Assembly (NCBI RefSeq): GCF_001194135.2 | Contig: NC_068981.1 | Location: 14,301,818 to 14,365,817, forward strand | Length of the DNA stretch: 64,000 bases | Direction: 5' to 3' | DNA from: Octopus bimaculoides | Taxonomy: Eukaryota | In this document: positions 1 to 11,969 of the stretch, piece after piece | Numbering within the stretch: position 1 is the first letter of the stretch | Layout: each line of letters starts with the position of its first letter | Notes under the pieces: model-generated | Seen by the model: only the letters and a program-made list of their open reading frames with translations | Database searches by the model: none | What the model was told of the DNA's origin: nothing | Made by a program: the position numbers and the translations under genes

Positions 1-34
<34 letters not shown>

Positions 35-400
35 TTCAATGAACCAGGAGTTATTCGATATGATTGCTTCTATGAAAGATCATCAGTAAAACTTTGAGTA
101 GAATCAGTACTTACACAATATACAATACAGCATGTTTAAGTTATTTTGGATGTTTATTTTAGACAACTACATTCACGATTACGTATATATTAAACCAAAG
201 TTGTTCGACCCATAGCCATTCTATATTGTCCTGAAACAAAATACATCAAGTATTCCGTTATGTATAGTATCTAGAGCCTTTTAACAGGATGCGTAAAGCT
301 TGGAAGGAGTTGAATTTTGTGACTCTAGCAAGACGATTAACTAGCTTCAGACAAAGTGGTGGGTTAAATGAAATGTTTTTACTTCTATCAGCAGGTAATA

Positions 401-530
401 TTGATTTCAAATTTGGCACAATACCATCAAGTCCGGAGGAAAGGATTAACATCAGCCTCTGTGCTCAACTGGGACATATTTTATCGATCCCGGTAGAATT
501 TGAACTCAGGACGAAAAGATGGGTGAAATG
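401..530 (-). mobile_element. Degraded, internally deleted tRNA-derived SINE (family A)
   Basis: tttcaaatttggcacaa...tttatcgatcccg...gaatttgaactcagga matches the better copies at 5237, 25330 and 44293. Confidence 0.55.
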
Positions 531-1931
531 ATTAGAAATTCAATTACCTAGCCCCTCCCTATTTTCAAGCCACTGTGTAATTTTTTATACATCTTTACTT
601 TTGATTTCATGGCTATCATTGGCAATAATTGATGTTTAAAAATCTAAGAACTACCGTACTTCCAATGGTTTATAGACATTTTTTGCTGTTGTAACTGTAT
701 GCATACGTTAATTAAATCCTCCAAGGGGCAACGTACGGAGGAATCAATTTTTGCAATCACACACGGTATCTGGTTAGAGTTTAGTAAAATTTATGAGTAC
801 ATTGCAATGAGAAATCCGTTAATGAGAAAAGTAAAATAATAATATAAGTTATTTCCTAAAATGGTCATCTGAAAAAGATAAGCTGGCTTGCTCTATACAA
901 CTTTTTATAAAGCAATTCGGTATATAAAAAGAGACTCTATTGCTGTTGTCTTAAATTTATCTGGAATTGAAATGGTTAAAGGAGCATGGGAAGTGTTTAC
1001 AGCAAGAATAGCTTACTTTAATGTAAATTCAATTAAAAATCTTATGAATTCTACAACAAGACGTAAAATGAAAGAGATTAAATTTAAGAAGTCTCTGCCA
1101 ATATATGTATTTACCTTTAAATTAAACGCTAGATTATCGCATGGGATTATATCTTAGTTTAAATTTCTGCTATGGAACATTAGAACGAGTTAAGTAATTG
1201 AATTTCAATAATAAATTCTAATTTACTTACAAAGCTATGGATTATAGGGAAAGAGGGTTTGACGGATATTTGCACTCCAGCACTTCATAGCAATTTATTT
1301 AACAACTTCAGATCGACAAATTGCAAAAGTGGTTCGACAAAACTTGAACTCATAAACAGTAAGAAATTTAATATACCTCATTCACCTAAAACAATTCCTT
1401 ATATTGGCTAACTTATCTTTTTGTTAAAGGCAAGCAAACCAGTTTGAGAGAAAAGTTTCTAAAAGTGTGACATAAACAGAACGTAACACACACACATTAA
1501 ATTTAGGTCTTTAATAAAGGCAAAATTTGTTCGTCTATACTTAAGGTAATATCCTGGAAATTAATCATTCTTATTTCAACGTCAACTATGACAATATTGT
1601 GTTTCTCATTAGATTTATGAGGTATTTCCTAAATTTCTAACATACGAACGTGCACATCCATCTCGTTCCGAGGTTAACAGTTTCTGTGTAAAACAATGGA
1701 CAATGAAGGAAACAATTTACGGAATGACCAAAATATAGATTGAAATAAGGCTGCGTGATTCAGACCAATGAATTATTCCCATATCTACATAAAATTGTCC
1801 TCTATTCTTTTTAAATGAGACGACAAATTTAATATAAATTTATCTTCGTTTATATATCGGCACGTGTATATGTGTACATGTGAAGGAAGCTTGTCTTGGT
1901 CAAACAGATCGAAACGCGGAAGGAAGTGTTA

Positions 1932-1994
<63 letters not shown>

Positions 1995-2390
1995 TATATT
2001 ATTTTATTCCTTTTTATTTTATCCTATTACAAGCTGTGATATTATATGTTAAACATACTTCGTTGTACATAACTTCGCTACCACAACTGTCATGTGTAGC
2101 AAACGTTTCTGCAATGTATCTAATGCGCTCTGAAAAGTCAATATTACGATCGAGTAGAGAAGCGTTATGTAAGAATCCTTTCTAGACACACTTTCGCTTT
2201 GATACTTATACATATACACAATTGACTTTACCGCTGGAATCAGATAGCAATCCGATTGAGGTGTTTGTATATGGAGCTTGAGTTTGATTCTTTCTACTGC
2301 TTTTGATATTTTTTTCCGCTTCCATAATCATAAACGAGCACACTTACTCAGTGATGTATGTGTACAAGAAAACTGATGAGTAAACACGTT

Positions 2391-2424
<34 letters not shown>

Positions 2425-3283
2425 CGCACACACACACATTATATGGATATGCTTATAAGCAGAAATCAGCATGCAAAACGTACACACAGCTGATCGTTCA
2501 TACATGAAATCCTCGAGAATATCTAGTTAACATGATTCAATTCTAAAACAAACTATGGAATATACATATAAAATAATATTTATAAATCTATCGATATTGT
2601 TCATTCTTTTTGCAATTTCTAATTCTCCACTCCTTCCCCATCTTTCTCTCTGCTCATTCATATATACACGTGTCTGTGTGTGTGACAGCACACGCGCGTG
2701 TGTGTGTGTGTACATGTATATGTGCATACATATTTTGATATACACACATATGTACATATGTACTTTATATATATATATGTGTGTGTGTGTGCGTAAATAT
2801 ATATGTACATACGCATATTTTGATATACGCACTCATAAGTACTTATATATGTATGTCTCTATATGAATACGTGTTTGTATTGTGTAAGTAAATATTCGTT
2901 TATCATTATCCTTTAGATTGTTTCTAATCCTGCGTGCGCCTCGGATATTTAATAGTATTTGTAGAACTGTTAAGCTTTATCCACCTCAAATCAGTATCTG
3001 CTGTGATTTACCTTCAATTCCGCGAAATGCTCTTTGTTGATCCTACTAAAATAATTCAATGATATATCTTAAGAAAATTCTCTATCGGTGTATGGATATC
3101 TATCCAAAGTTACTCGCTCTTTCTACGGTCATGTACATTCAATTTTCCGTTTTCAGTTATTGTTCTAGGGAAAATATTGTTGTTTTTGTTTAGTTCGAAA
3201 GAAGCCAGGATCGAACGTCTTTATGCTTACTAGCCAAAATCTGTGGTCAGCCAATCTTTGTATACCAATGTATATTTAAAACT

Positions 3284-3355
3284 GTAGATTGTTATATGGT
3301 GGTAACTGAGCTGCTGTTCCCGGCAGAGCAGTTACCATCGTAGACCTGCCTCTAC
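3284..3355 (+). other. 72-nt imperfect hairpin (about 33-bp stem)
   Basis: Manual pairing gtaga/tctac ... tggtaactg/cagttacca ... ctgc/gcag. It has 4 G-U pairs and no A-C mismatch on +. Confidence 0.7.
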
Positions 3356-4199
3356 TCGCTTTACGCAAATTAGTTACAGAAGAAAAGTGTTATCTCTAAA
3401 TATAATAGTGCACAAATGTTTATTAAACTGCAAGTTTTAAAGCTGAGATAGGTGTATAAAGTTTTTCCCTATTGCCTATAAGAGTGTTCGGCACATATGT
3501 AATAATGTTACTCTTATTAATTATTATGCTATGAGAATGAATGAAAGTCGTTATACTGTAACTATTTTAGATGTCAAATCAAGTTCTTTGCTCCTATTCC
3601 ACTTTTCTGTCGAATCAATTATGCTATCCTTGCTACCCTAAGGAACCCACACATTATTTCATTCGATGCTAGTTTGAAATAATAAAATGGGATTCCACTC
3701 AATGTTAGTTTGGAATCACATTTTGTGTTTTCATAGATATTTATCTACAACATAAGAGACTCTACTTTCACTGAATTTTGATTTTGAAACAAGAAACCAT
3801 GGAATAATTTCAGATGACTATTTACACATCGGCTGTCAGAGATCACATTTGAGTAACTTATTAAAATTAAGACCATAGTATTTCTAAGAAAGTTCATCGG
3901 TACATTCTCGTTCAGATTAACTTTTGGGAATAATTAAAATACTTTTCCTTTGGGGTGGAACATTCTGTAATGTTAAATTCGTTGAAATGTTCCTGGGGCC
4001 GAAACAATACGAAATGATATGCAGAAAACTACAAAAGTGAGGACAGAAGTTTCAAAGGTGAGGACAGAAGTTTCAATATTTGCTTTTCAATATTTAGGGC
4101 TTAGGATCTCTTCATCGGGACACGTAATTAATTGTTGTATTACTTTGCGCAGTTTTGGTTTTCATAATTTATTTTTATTATCATTTAATTTACATTCTT

Positions 4200-4560
4200 T
4201 CAAGTTATTACTAACAAAATACCATCGGTCTCTAAAGAAAGAAGGTATCAATTCTATATTTATATCCACTCGAAGATGAAACTTTTCAAGGAACATCATG
4301 CTAACAATCATGAATTTCTTTCGTTAGAAATACACGAAAATATCAGAAATCAAATGAAGATATTTAAAAGAATCTATACAGGACAAATCTGTATCAGAAA
4401 ACATCAGAAAAGAAATATCAGAAAACAAATCAGGATATTTAAAAGAATCTATACAAGACAAACCACACGCAAATCACGCAATATTTAAGGATCAAATACA
4501 TTACTTCGAAAATACACTCAGCATTCGATGTGAAACACAACGAAGACTGACACAGAAAAT
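4200..4560 (+). mobile_element. Highly decayed Penelope-like linker/GIY-YIG remnant
   Basis: LKKEGINSIFISTRR resembles the PLE linker. IYTGQ and IYTRQTTRK (duplicated) resemble the YIGQTxR motif. Confidence 0.35.
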
Positions 4561-4958
4561 TTAAGAAAACTTATACTTCAGAAACTTATCTAAATTCAAA
4601 GGAGTGTCAAAACTAAGTTTGTATTAATGCAATAAATAACCAAATATAATTTCAGTTTATTTCGCACAAAAGTATAGCGAATTCTTGCATCTATGTTTTA
4701 ATGTCTAATATGATACATCTTAAATAAGTTGGTTAACGTGGGACTTAACTATGTGAACTTGATTATAGTATATAATCTGATGTAAAATATAACGGCCACT
4801 AGACTATATGCTTTGAAATATTTCCATAACTACAATTAAACTATCTTGGTAAAAAAGCGGTCATAAGAAAATCAGTTTGAAGTATGTTAATCGGTGTAAG
4901 CTATTTCGTGTTACCAAATTCGTCTCAAAACTGTCTCTCGTATGGAAGTTTAGTACAT

Positions 4959-5095
4959 GGAAGCAGAGATATCGGTAGAATACCAGAAGTGACTAGCATC
5001 GGTGGTGGAACAATTATATCACATGATTACGATGTTTTCTAGTTCTATCACCCATACTGGATAATTCTCGTCTGCTACCAGTATATCTCTATTCC
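4959..5095. repeat. Long imperfect inverted repeat (about 50-bp arms, 30-nt loop), palindromic MITE-like
   Basis: ggaagcagagatatcggtag...ggtggtggaac pairs with gttctatcaccc...ctaccagtatatctctattcc. Confidence 0.65.
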
Positions 5096-5236
5096 TACAC
5101 GCAAGAGATCCTCAGGGACAAATATTGTAGTATTATGGCGCTCTTGGAATACATACACGTTAAGTAAGATTTAAAGAGAACCATTTGTTAATAATATTGC
5201 CTCTGTCGCAAGTGTCTGATATATATATATATATAT

Positions 5237-5435
5237 TGGTTTCAAATATTGGTTCAAGTTCAGCAAGTTAGTGGATAGCAGTAGGTCGACTACATCGAGC
5301 CCTGTGATCAAATAGTACTTGTTTAATGGAACCCGAATATATATCAAAGGCAAAGTCGACGACCTCACGGTATTTAAACTCAGAACATAAAGACGAACGA
5401 AATGCTTCTAAGGACTTTGCGCAGCATATCAACTT
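5237..5435 (-). mobile_element. Degraded tRNA-derived SINE (family A)
   Basis: aaaggcaaagtcgac...tttaaactcagaacataaagacgaacgaaatgc aligns with the other copies. Confidence 0.75.
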
Positions 5436-5495
5436 TTCTTATATANNNNNNNNNNNNNNNNNNNNNNNNNNNNNNNNNNNNNNNNNNNNNNNNNN

Positions 5496-5526
<31 letters not shown>

Positions 5527-5584
5527 AGGTCACTAGCTAGTTGTGACGCCAGCTTCTGTTCTGACACTGTTTTACTGTATAAAC

Positions 5585-5708
5585 CTGGTGGGATGATAAG
5601 TTGCTGTTGTCTCTAGCGGTGGAGCGCCCATCATTAACGCAACCAAGAATGTCGGAATCAAATGATGGTCTCGCCGCTGGAGATGGCTGTGATTTATCAT
5701 ACCGCGAG
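5585..5708 (+). other. 124-nt fold-back, about 45-50 bp stem, 25-nt loop, G-U rich
   Basis: Arms 5585-5635 and 5661-5708 pair by hand (tctctagcgg/ccgctggaga, ccatcatt/aatgatgg, atgataag/tttatcat) with about 9 G-U pairs. Confidence 0.75.
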
Positions 5709-8639
5709 CGCATTTTGCACCAAAGGTCGTGGTATCTACCGCAGTATAGTTTGTTCTAATAGAACATTCAAGTTTAAGCAGGGATATATATATATATATA
5801 TATATTGTGTGTGTGTGTGGGTGTGTGTGTGTGTGTAATTTTGCCGATATTGACCAGTAGCTTTTGTTCTGGTGGTACGTCTTTACTGTAGATTCTTCTA
5901 AAAAGAACGTATTTGCTTCTTTGATATATTAGTTTTTGGTGCCGAGGTACATTTTTGGCGTAGGAGTTGTTTGTAAAGTTATTTCTTGTTATTTAAAGAC
6001 AGTGCTGTTTGCAATGGTGTATGTGTGATAGTGTTTATGGGTGGGTTTTGTCTGGAAAGCTGAATGTCTGGTTTTGTGATTAGAAAAACTTATATAAATA
6101 GAATGGTTTTGAAGAGGTTAAAAGATCAGTTTTTTATCTGTTGTGTGAATGGATGAGGCAGAATGCTAATTGAGCTGGCTTTGAATTTACTGAAAGCCAT
6201 ATTCATTGAAGCAAGACATTGTTTTTTTACTTCTTCGTATACAGATTTGAAATTTTACGATTTGTGGAGGTAAAGTTCACTTTTCGCATTAAATGGTTTT
6301 AAGCAGACGCATTAGATTTTGTGGGTAGTGATTGGGTGTTCCAAGTGGGTAGTGCATAAAACCATAGTAGAAGGGCAGTAACAGACAAATGACCTCAAAA
6401 CAGGAAATAGAAAGATGCATAAAATTAAGGCCATTGTACATAATACACTGTATTTATACAACTTTAAACACACTCATATTTACATGTTTGTGAGTGTGTT
6501 CCCATTCTATTTATCGGTGTATTCCTAGTTTCGTGTGAAAAAAAGTGCACAGTAGTGATTCGATACACGTAAAGCGATAACATATGTAGTATACAGAAAG
6601 AACTATGGGTTCGATATGTTCGACTGAAATCAATCAATTAGGTGTCTCTAAATAAAAGCCGTCAAATCAATGAAGCCAATAATCAGAATTCACTAACTCA
6701 TGTGAATAAGAACAATGTATACGTAATTATTTTATGTATGTATTATTTCACATTGTGTATGTCGATATAAATATATCGATGCAAGCACATAAATGCACGT
6801 TATTTTACACACACAAGTATACAATTGCACTCAAACTGTAAGGTGCGCGCACACATACTGACACAGAAAGATGTGTCTGTAAATATATGCTTGTGTGTGT
6901 AATTTCAGTTTGCGAACGTGTTTCCCTGGATTTATGTGAGTGTGTATCTTTTGATATCAGCCAAGTTATGCCTAAAATATGCCACCAATCCTTCTAGAGC
7001 TCTCAATATGTGTTTCTGTTTCACTCTTTTCCCGCCTTCTTTCTGTGTGTGTGTGTGCGTATGTGTTTGTGTGTGTGTGAGTGGGTGCGTGTGTGTTTGT
7101 GAGTGTCTGTGTGTGTGTGTTTGTGTGTGCATGTATCAATCTGAATCTATTTTCTCTCATTTTATCTGTGTTTCTCTTTTTATCTACTTCATACGGATTC
7201 ACTTACTCGATTTAGTTGCTTCCTGTTGGCTTCCTATCGCAAGTTCTTTTACTTTTATTTCAATACTTTCATATAAATAACATAACACCTGATGTGAAGT
7301 TGCTTTGAAACAACATTTCTCAGTTTCGCTCTTAGCAGTTAACTGAACAGTTTAACATTTCGTTATACAATTGCTGATACAGGAAATGAAATGCAACCTC
7401 AAAAACGAAAACAAATCATAGACGAATACACACATACAAATACATACACTTTTATATAACAACGTGCATCTGTTAAGCTCTCTTTCCTCCTCTCTCTTTC
7501 TCCTTATACACAAGCACACACATACACATATTTGGTAATTATAACTTATAAAATGAATAATGATAGACGTTTTATAAGGCTTATATTCCTTTTTGTTTTT
7601 GTTTTGATTATATTCACTGTTATTTGTTTCTTATAAGAAATGCATTAGATAAAATGATAAACTTATACCGTAAATGCCAAATGTCACTAAATCCATGCTT
7701 CTTTCAGTCTATCTCTCTAGCTATGCGTGTGTGCGTGGGTGTGTGTATTAAATTGTTAGATTATTTAAATGCGCGTTTAATAATACCAACGAAAGATTTA
7801 TTGAGTACTGCCTCAATACCGAGAGTAAATTTATTTAAACATTTGTTTTGAATGTGTATTCAAGTTTCGCCTAACGTCTTACTGCATGAATATCAACAGT
7901 TTTATGTATCTTTATACACGTACGCACGCATACACACACACAGTGGACGATGGCATCTCTGAATACTTCTCCACCAAGGGATTGTATATCTGTACATGAG
8001 CGTTTTGGATATATGTCATTCATTATCATTTGATCTCGACTTCGCGCTCAGTAAAAATGCGTACAGGTCTCATGGATGCATTATAATTCAACTGTTTACT
8101 CTTGACAAACTGAATTATTCTGATTGAAGTTATGATGGTTTAAAATACGTTATTCAGCAATTTCACACCCCAGTTAAGTTGGTAGGTCATTCAGTTGTTA
8201 CAAGCTCACATTCTTACAAGATTATTGATTTCCTGTATCTCTGGCCACTGCAACACTGATGCACTTCCTTAAAAAACGTTATCCAATCAATCCCAGAGCG
8301 TTTGTGTTTCTGATTATTATTGTTTTATTTCATCGAACCTCTAAGTCACAAGAACGTAATTCCATATTTCTTGCGAAGTGGGGAGAAAAAGAAAAAAATA
8401 CGTACACTCACACATACACGTGTGTGTCAGTATGTATGTGTATGTATGTTAGTGTGCATGTTTGTATGTGTTATTGTGTATGTGTCTGTCTGTTACTGTG
8501 TATGTGCGTAAAAAGTGAAAGCACCCGATTGCTTCTGATGCATGAACAGAATTTTTTTTATGATTTTGTAGTATGAGATATTCACACCTGGCTGAATACA
8601 GTGGCTTAGCACGATTTCAACCTCAGTTTTGGCTTTTAT

Positions 8640-9210
8640 AATTTTTAACGATACTTTCATCATTTCATCGACCGCACCAACTGCCTCCTTATAACACTCT
8701 CATAGTGATTTCATAAGAATATCCGAACTCATTTGTGTGCTAATTGCGTAGCATTTTCCGAAGCTCACCTAATCAATGCAAATTAATACGTTGAAATCGG
8801 ATGTCCAGTGCAGTTCATAGTGTCAAATACATTACAGATAAACACTCGATTGCATATAGAGACGTCCAATTTGCACTCTTCGTCCAAGAGAAATGCTTGA
8901 TATGGTGCCTCATTGTCTCGATTGGTATGTACTTCATTACATTTAGCAACTGTAAAACAGAACATCTACATCAACATTTCATTATAACTGTGTTGCCATT
9001 CTAATATCTTGTCTTGTTTTCCCAAACTGGGATCTGATATGCTGTACTTATGTATATGTTTCTTACATGCCTGGATATTATCTCTGCTGATACATATGTG
9101 CCACGTCCGATAACGCTTCTGTACATTGATGAATGCCCTATATCCCAAGCCAAACGTTAGACATCCAAATGCAGCCCAGGTTGAAGTAATAAGGATGATA
9201 TTGTTATTTT
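8640..9210 (-). mobile_element. Decayed piggyBac-like transposase fragment
   Basis: Colinear frameshifted motifs: PYYFNLGC (cf. PYxGxHGC), FGLGYRAF (RFGYK), VHTNR (TIRxNR), MNCTGHPISTY (SNxxGxxP), YKEAVGAVD (YNxxxGGVD). Confidence 0.45.
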
Positions 9211-10520
9211 TTGTAAACTAAATGTGGAATGCAATCCTCAGATAACAACATCGAAATAAAGGCAACATTCTGCCCCAAAATACACAGTTCGTGTAATTGG
9301 GTTTCACCATGCAATGCACAGGAAGTCTCTTACATATGTTCGCTAGCAGGAAAATGCTATATGGTTGTGTGGTAGAAAATTTCTAGAGAGCGATGTTATT
9401 AGCGCATGACAAATCTTTTTATGCTGAAGGCATGACCAAACACGGCATATCACGGAAATGCTGATAATGTGTTTGGCGTGACAATTGACTACACACAATT
9501 TCATAAAAGACGTGGCCATATAGATGGCAACAAGAAATGAAACGGAGGTTGAATATGCAATCTTGTGGTGCGGATGTATTATGACCAATCTGAAACAAAA
9601 TGGCCTAAAGTGTCACCCCAAGTGGTTTACAACCGAGCTTGCCTCCATAGACACTACAGGATGCCATTCAAATAATGACAGCAGAGAACGGTGCATCTGG
9701 GCTTGTGTTACTAGATTGTTTCAATTTCGATACACAAAAACAACTGAGGTAACAGGTAAATTTTGTGGGTCTGCTTGATTAAATCTTATTTGGAGGCGAG
9801 TCAACCGCCAAAACCACCACCACCACTAGGATGGTTCTTTTATACACTCAGTCAACCTTCTGAAAATAAGGTCCAAATCAATTTCCAGTGATAACCTTTT
9901 CTCTCTCAGAAAAAAATATAAAAGGTCACAGTTTCACCGATTTCATAAATGTCTGCACGGCTCGAGCTTCTTTGTGACTAATTAATAACACGAACACTTA
10001 TAATGAATTTAATACCAATATGTCTGCAAGTAGTGAAGACCTTCATACGTCAATTCGATATTCGATATTTCCCTAAAGCAACAGATCAAGGATAAAACTA
10101 TAAAATAATTTATAAAATGTGTCAAATGTAATAGAATGGAAGAAAATGTCAATAGCCAAACATTTAAATGTAGATAATCCGACATGAATATTTAAGTTAA
10201 TCAATTTAATGGAATCAGTCACAATTTAACTGAAATTGTAGCCGCGACCAAACTGCGTAGTATATTCCTACATGTTTGTGATCATTTGCTATACAGAGAG
10301 AAAACTGAATTCTGCAATAGTCTGGAGAATATTAAAGTTATATATTTAGCTTATTTCTATTAGTCTCTGTCAATTGATACGTAATAACACGCATTGACAT
10401 CAAACTAGGTACTCGAAATGTTTGGTGATTCATCTTCGATAATTTGATTCACCCCATTACATTTAAAATATGATAGACGAGCTGTAAAATTGCCTAAATA
10501 TTTTTGATGTGAAAATTGCT

Positions 10521-10573
<53 letters not shown>

Positions 10574-11688
10574 GTGCATTCAAAAACAAATCAGCTCAGC
10601 AGTGTAAATGTGAATTTTAAAATTGTATAGCGACAATGTAAAAGTTTAAAACTTTTTGGAACAATATGTTTTAAACAATGCGCATTTTCGTTTCATACAA
10701 TTTCTCTTAACATTGTGCTATAGTTCAAGGTTTAATGCTAAAAGCTGTTACATTTTTCCATAACACAAGTTGTATTTCTATGCATAAATGCTTAAAAGAT
10801 ATATTCATGAGAGGATAATGAGAAAGTTTAAAAGCTCTGCTTACCGAGAACTAAGCGATGGATTTAAAATGAGATGCCGTGATAAATCAGCCAACGTAGA
10901 AGGATGATATCTAAATTGCAATATTAACCGTGTCCTAATCTCTAAAGAGTAATATTTACCGGCGTGTTATAACTACGTAAATTTGTCAGTTTCTTATATA
11001 GAGGAATATTACTAATACACTTGAATAAAAGAAGCCAGCAATTTCTAAAATAGGTGACACCAGACAGTCGTATTTGTCTAAATGAAAAAGTTCAGTTGTA
11101 TTAAAGGCTGTCAATTAATCTGGGCTTCATTTACAAACTAACGAACATGTAACTTATTTTAAACTGATCTGGAAATGTATCCTACTCTTTAGGTCCATCA
11201 AAATATAATTAGATACATTTATTTTAACATTTCAAAATAAATTTGATCTTATGCCGAATAACTGTTAGTACATTGTATTCACGTAATGGTCAAGTTATCA
11301 CTTGAACTACAGATATGAAATCTTGTTTGTCGTAATATGGTCAACAAAGTAAGGAAATCTCCAACACTTGAGACATCGTCTAGTCAGAACACACTCTTAC
11401 AGAATTCAGCAGTGTGCAGATTTTGGAGGCTGATTAAATTCAGAAAATATAATTTGACAACGAGAATTAAATTCTATATAAAGATATGAATGTCATTTAT
11501 GTAAATATGAGAACGTTTAATGACGCGATTTAGTTTCTCTTTATTCTCACTGAAGATTTCTTCGAGCAAGAACACAGAACAAATCTACGGAATAAGAATG
11601 GTTGTGTCGTGTATGGATATCATAAATTATACTATATTTCATTGTAATTTGCAATGAAAATTTAGCAAATTGAAATGTTTACCAATAT

Positions 11689-11733
<45 letters not shown>

Positions 11734-11743
11734 NNNNNNNNNN

Positions 11744-11780
<37 letters not shown>

Positions 11781-11969
11781 GAGAGAGAGAGATGGGAGAG
11801 AGAGGTGGCAAGAAATTATATGTATATGTACAGCGTGGTCGAAAACTAAAAACAGCCTGAAATTTTGATATACGTGTTCTAATTACATTCTTTTCTTTGT
11901 AATTCACGAAATGTGATTCTTCACAACTGATGTACATATATTTCCTACATATATGAAATATATGTACAC

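Noticed and set aside
115-230. Minus-strand acceptor (tattttgtttcag) and donor (gtaagt) pair
   Set aside because: All three frames contain stops. The alternative 48-nt version uses a weak donor and gives no recognisable peptide.
888-1157. 89-aa ORF with IKNLMNSTT, faintly like the hAT dimerisation region
   Set aside because: Only one weak motif, with no TIR and no supporting upstream motifs.
3302-3336. Hairpin with an AG/AG internal loop as a possible SECIS
   Set aside because: The tandem is 5'-AG/AG, not the UGAN/NGAN quartet, and there is no apical AA motif or linked selenoprotein ORF.
5840-6400. T/G-skewed segment with CVCLK..FNAKSEL on minus, possibly another PLE tail
   Set aside because: The motif spacing is wrong and there are no other colinear motifs. 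It is too decayed to call.
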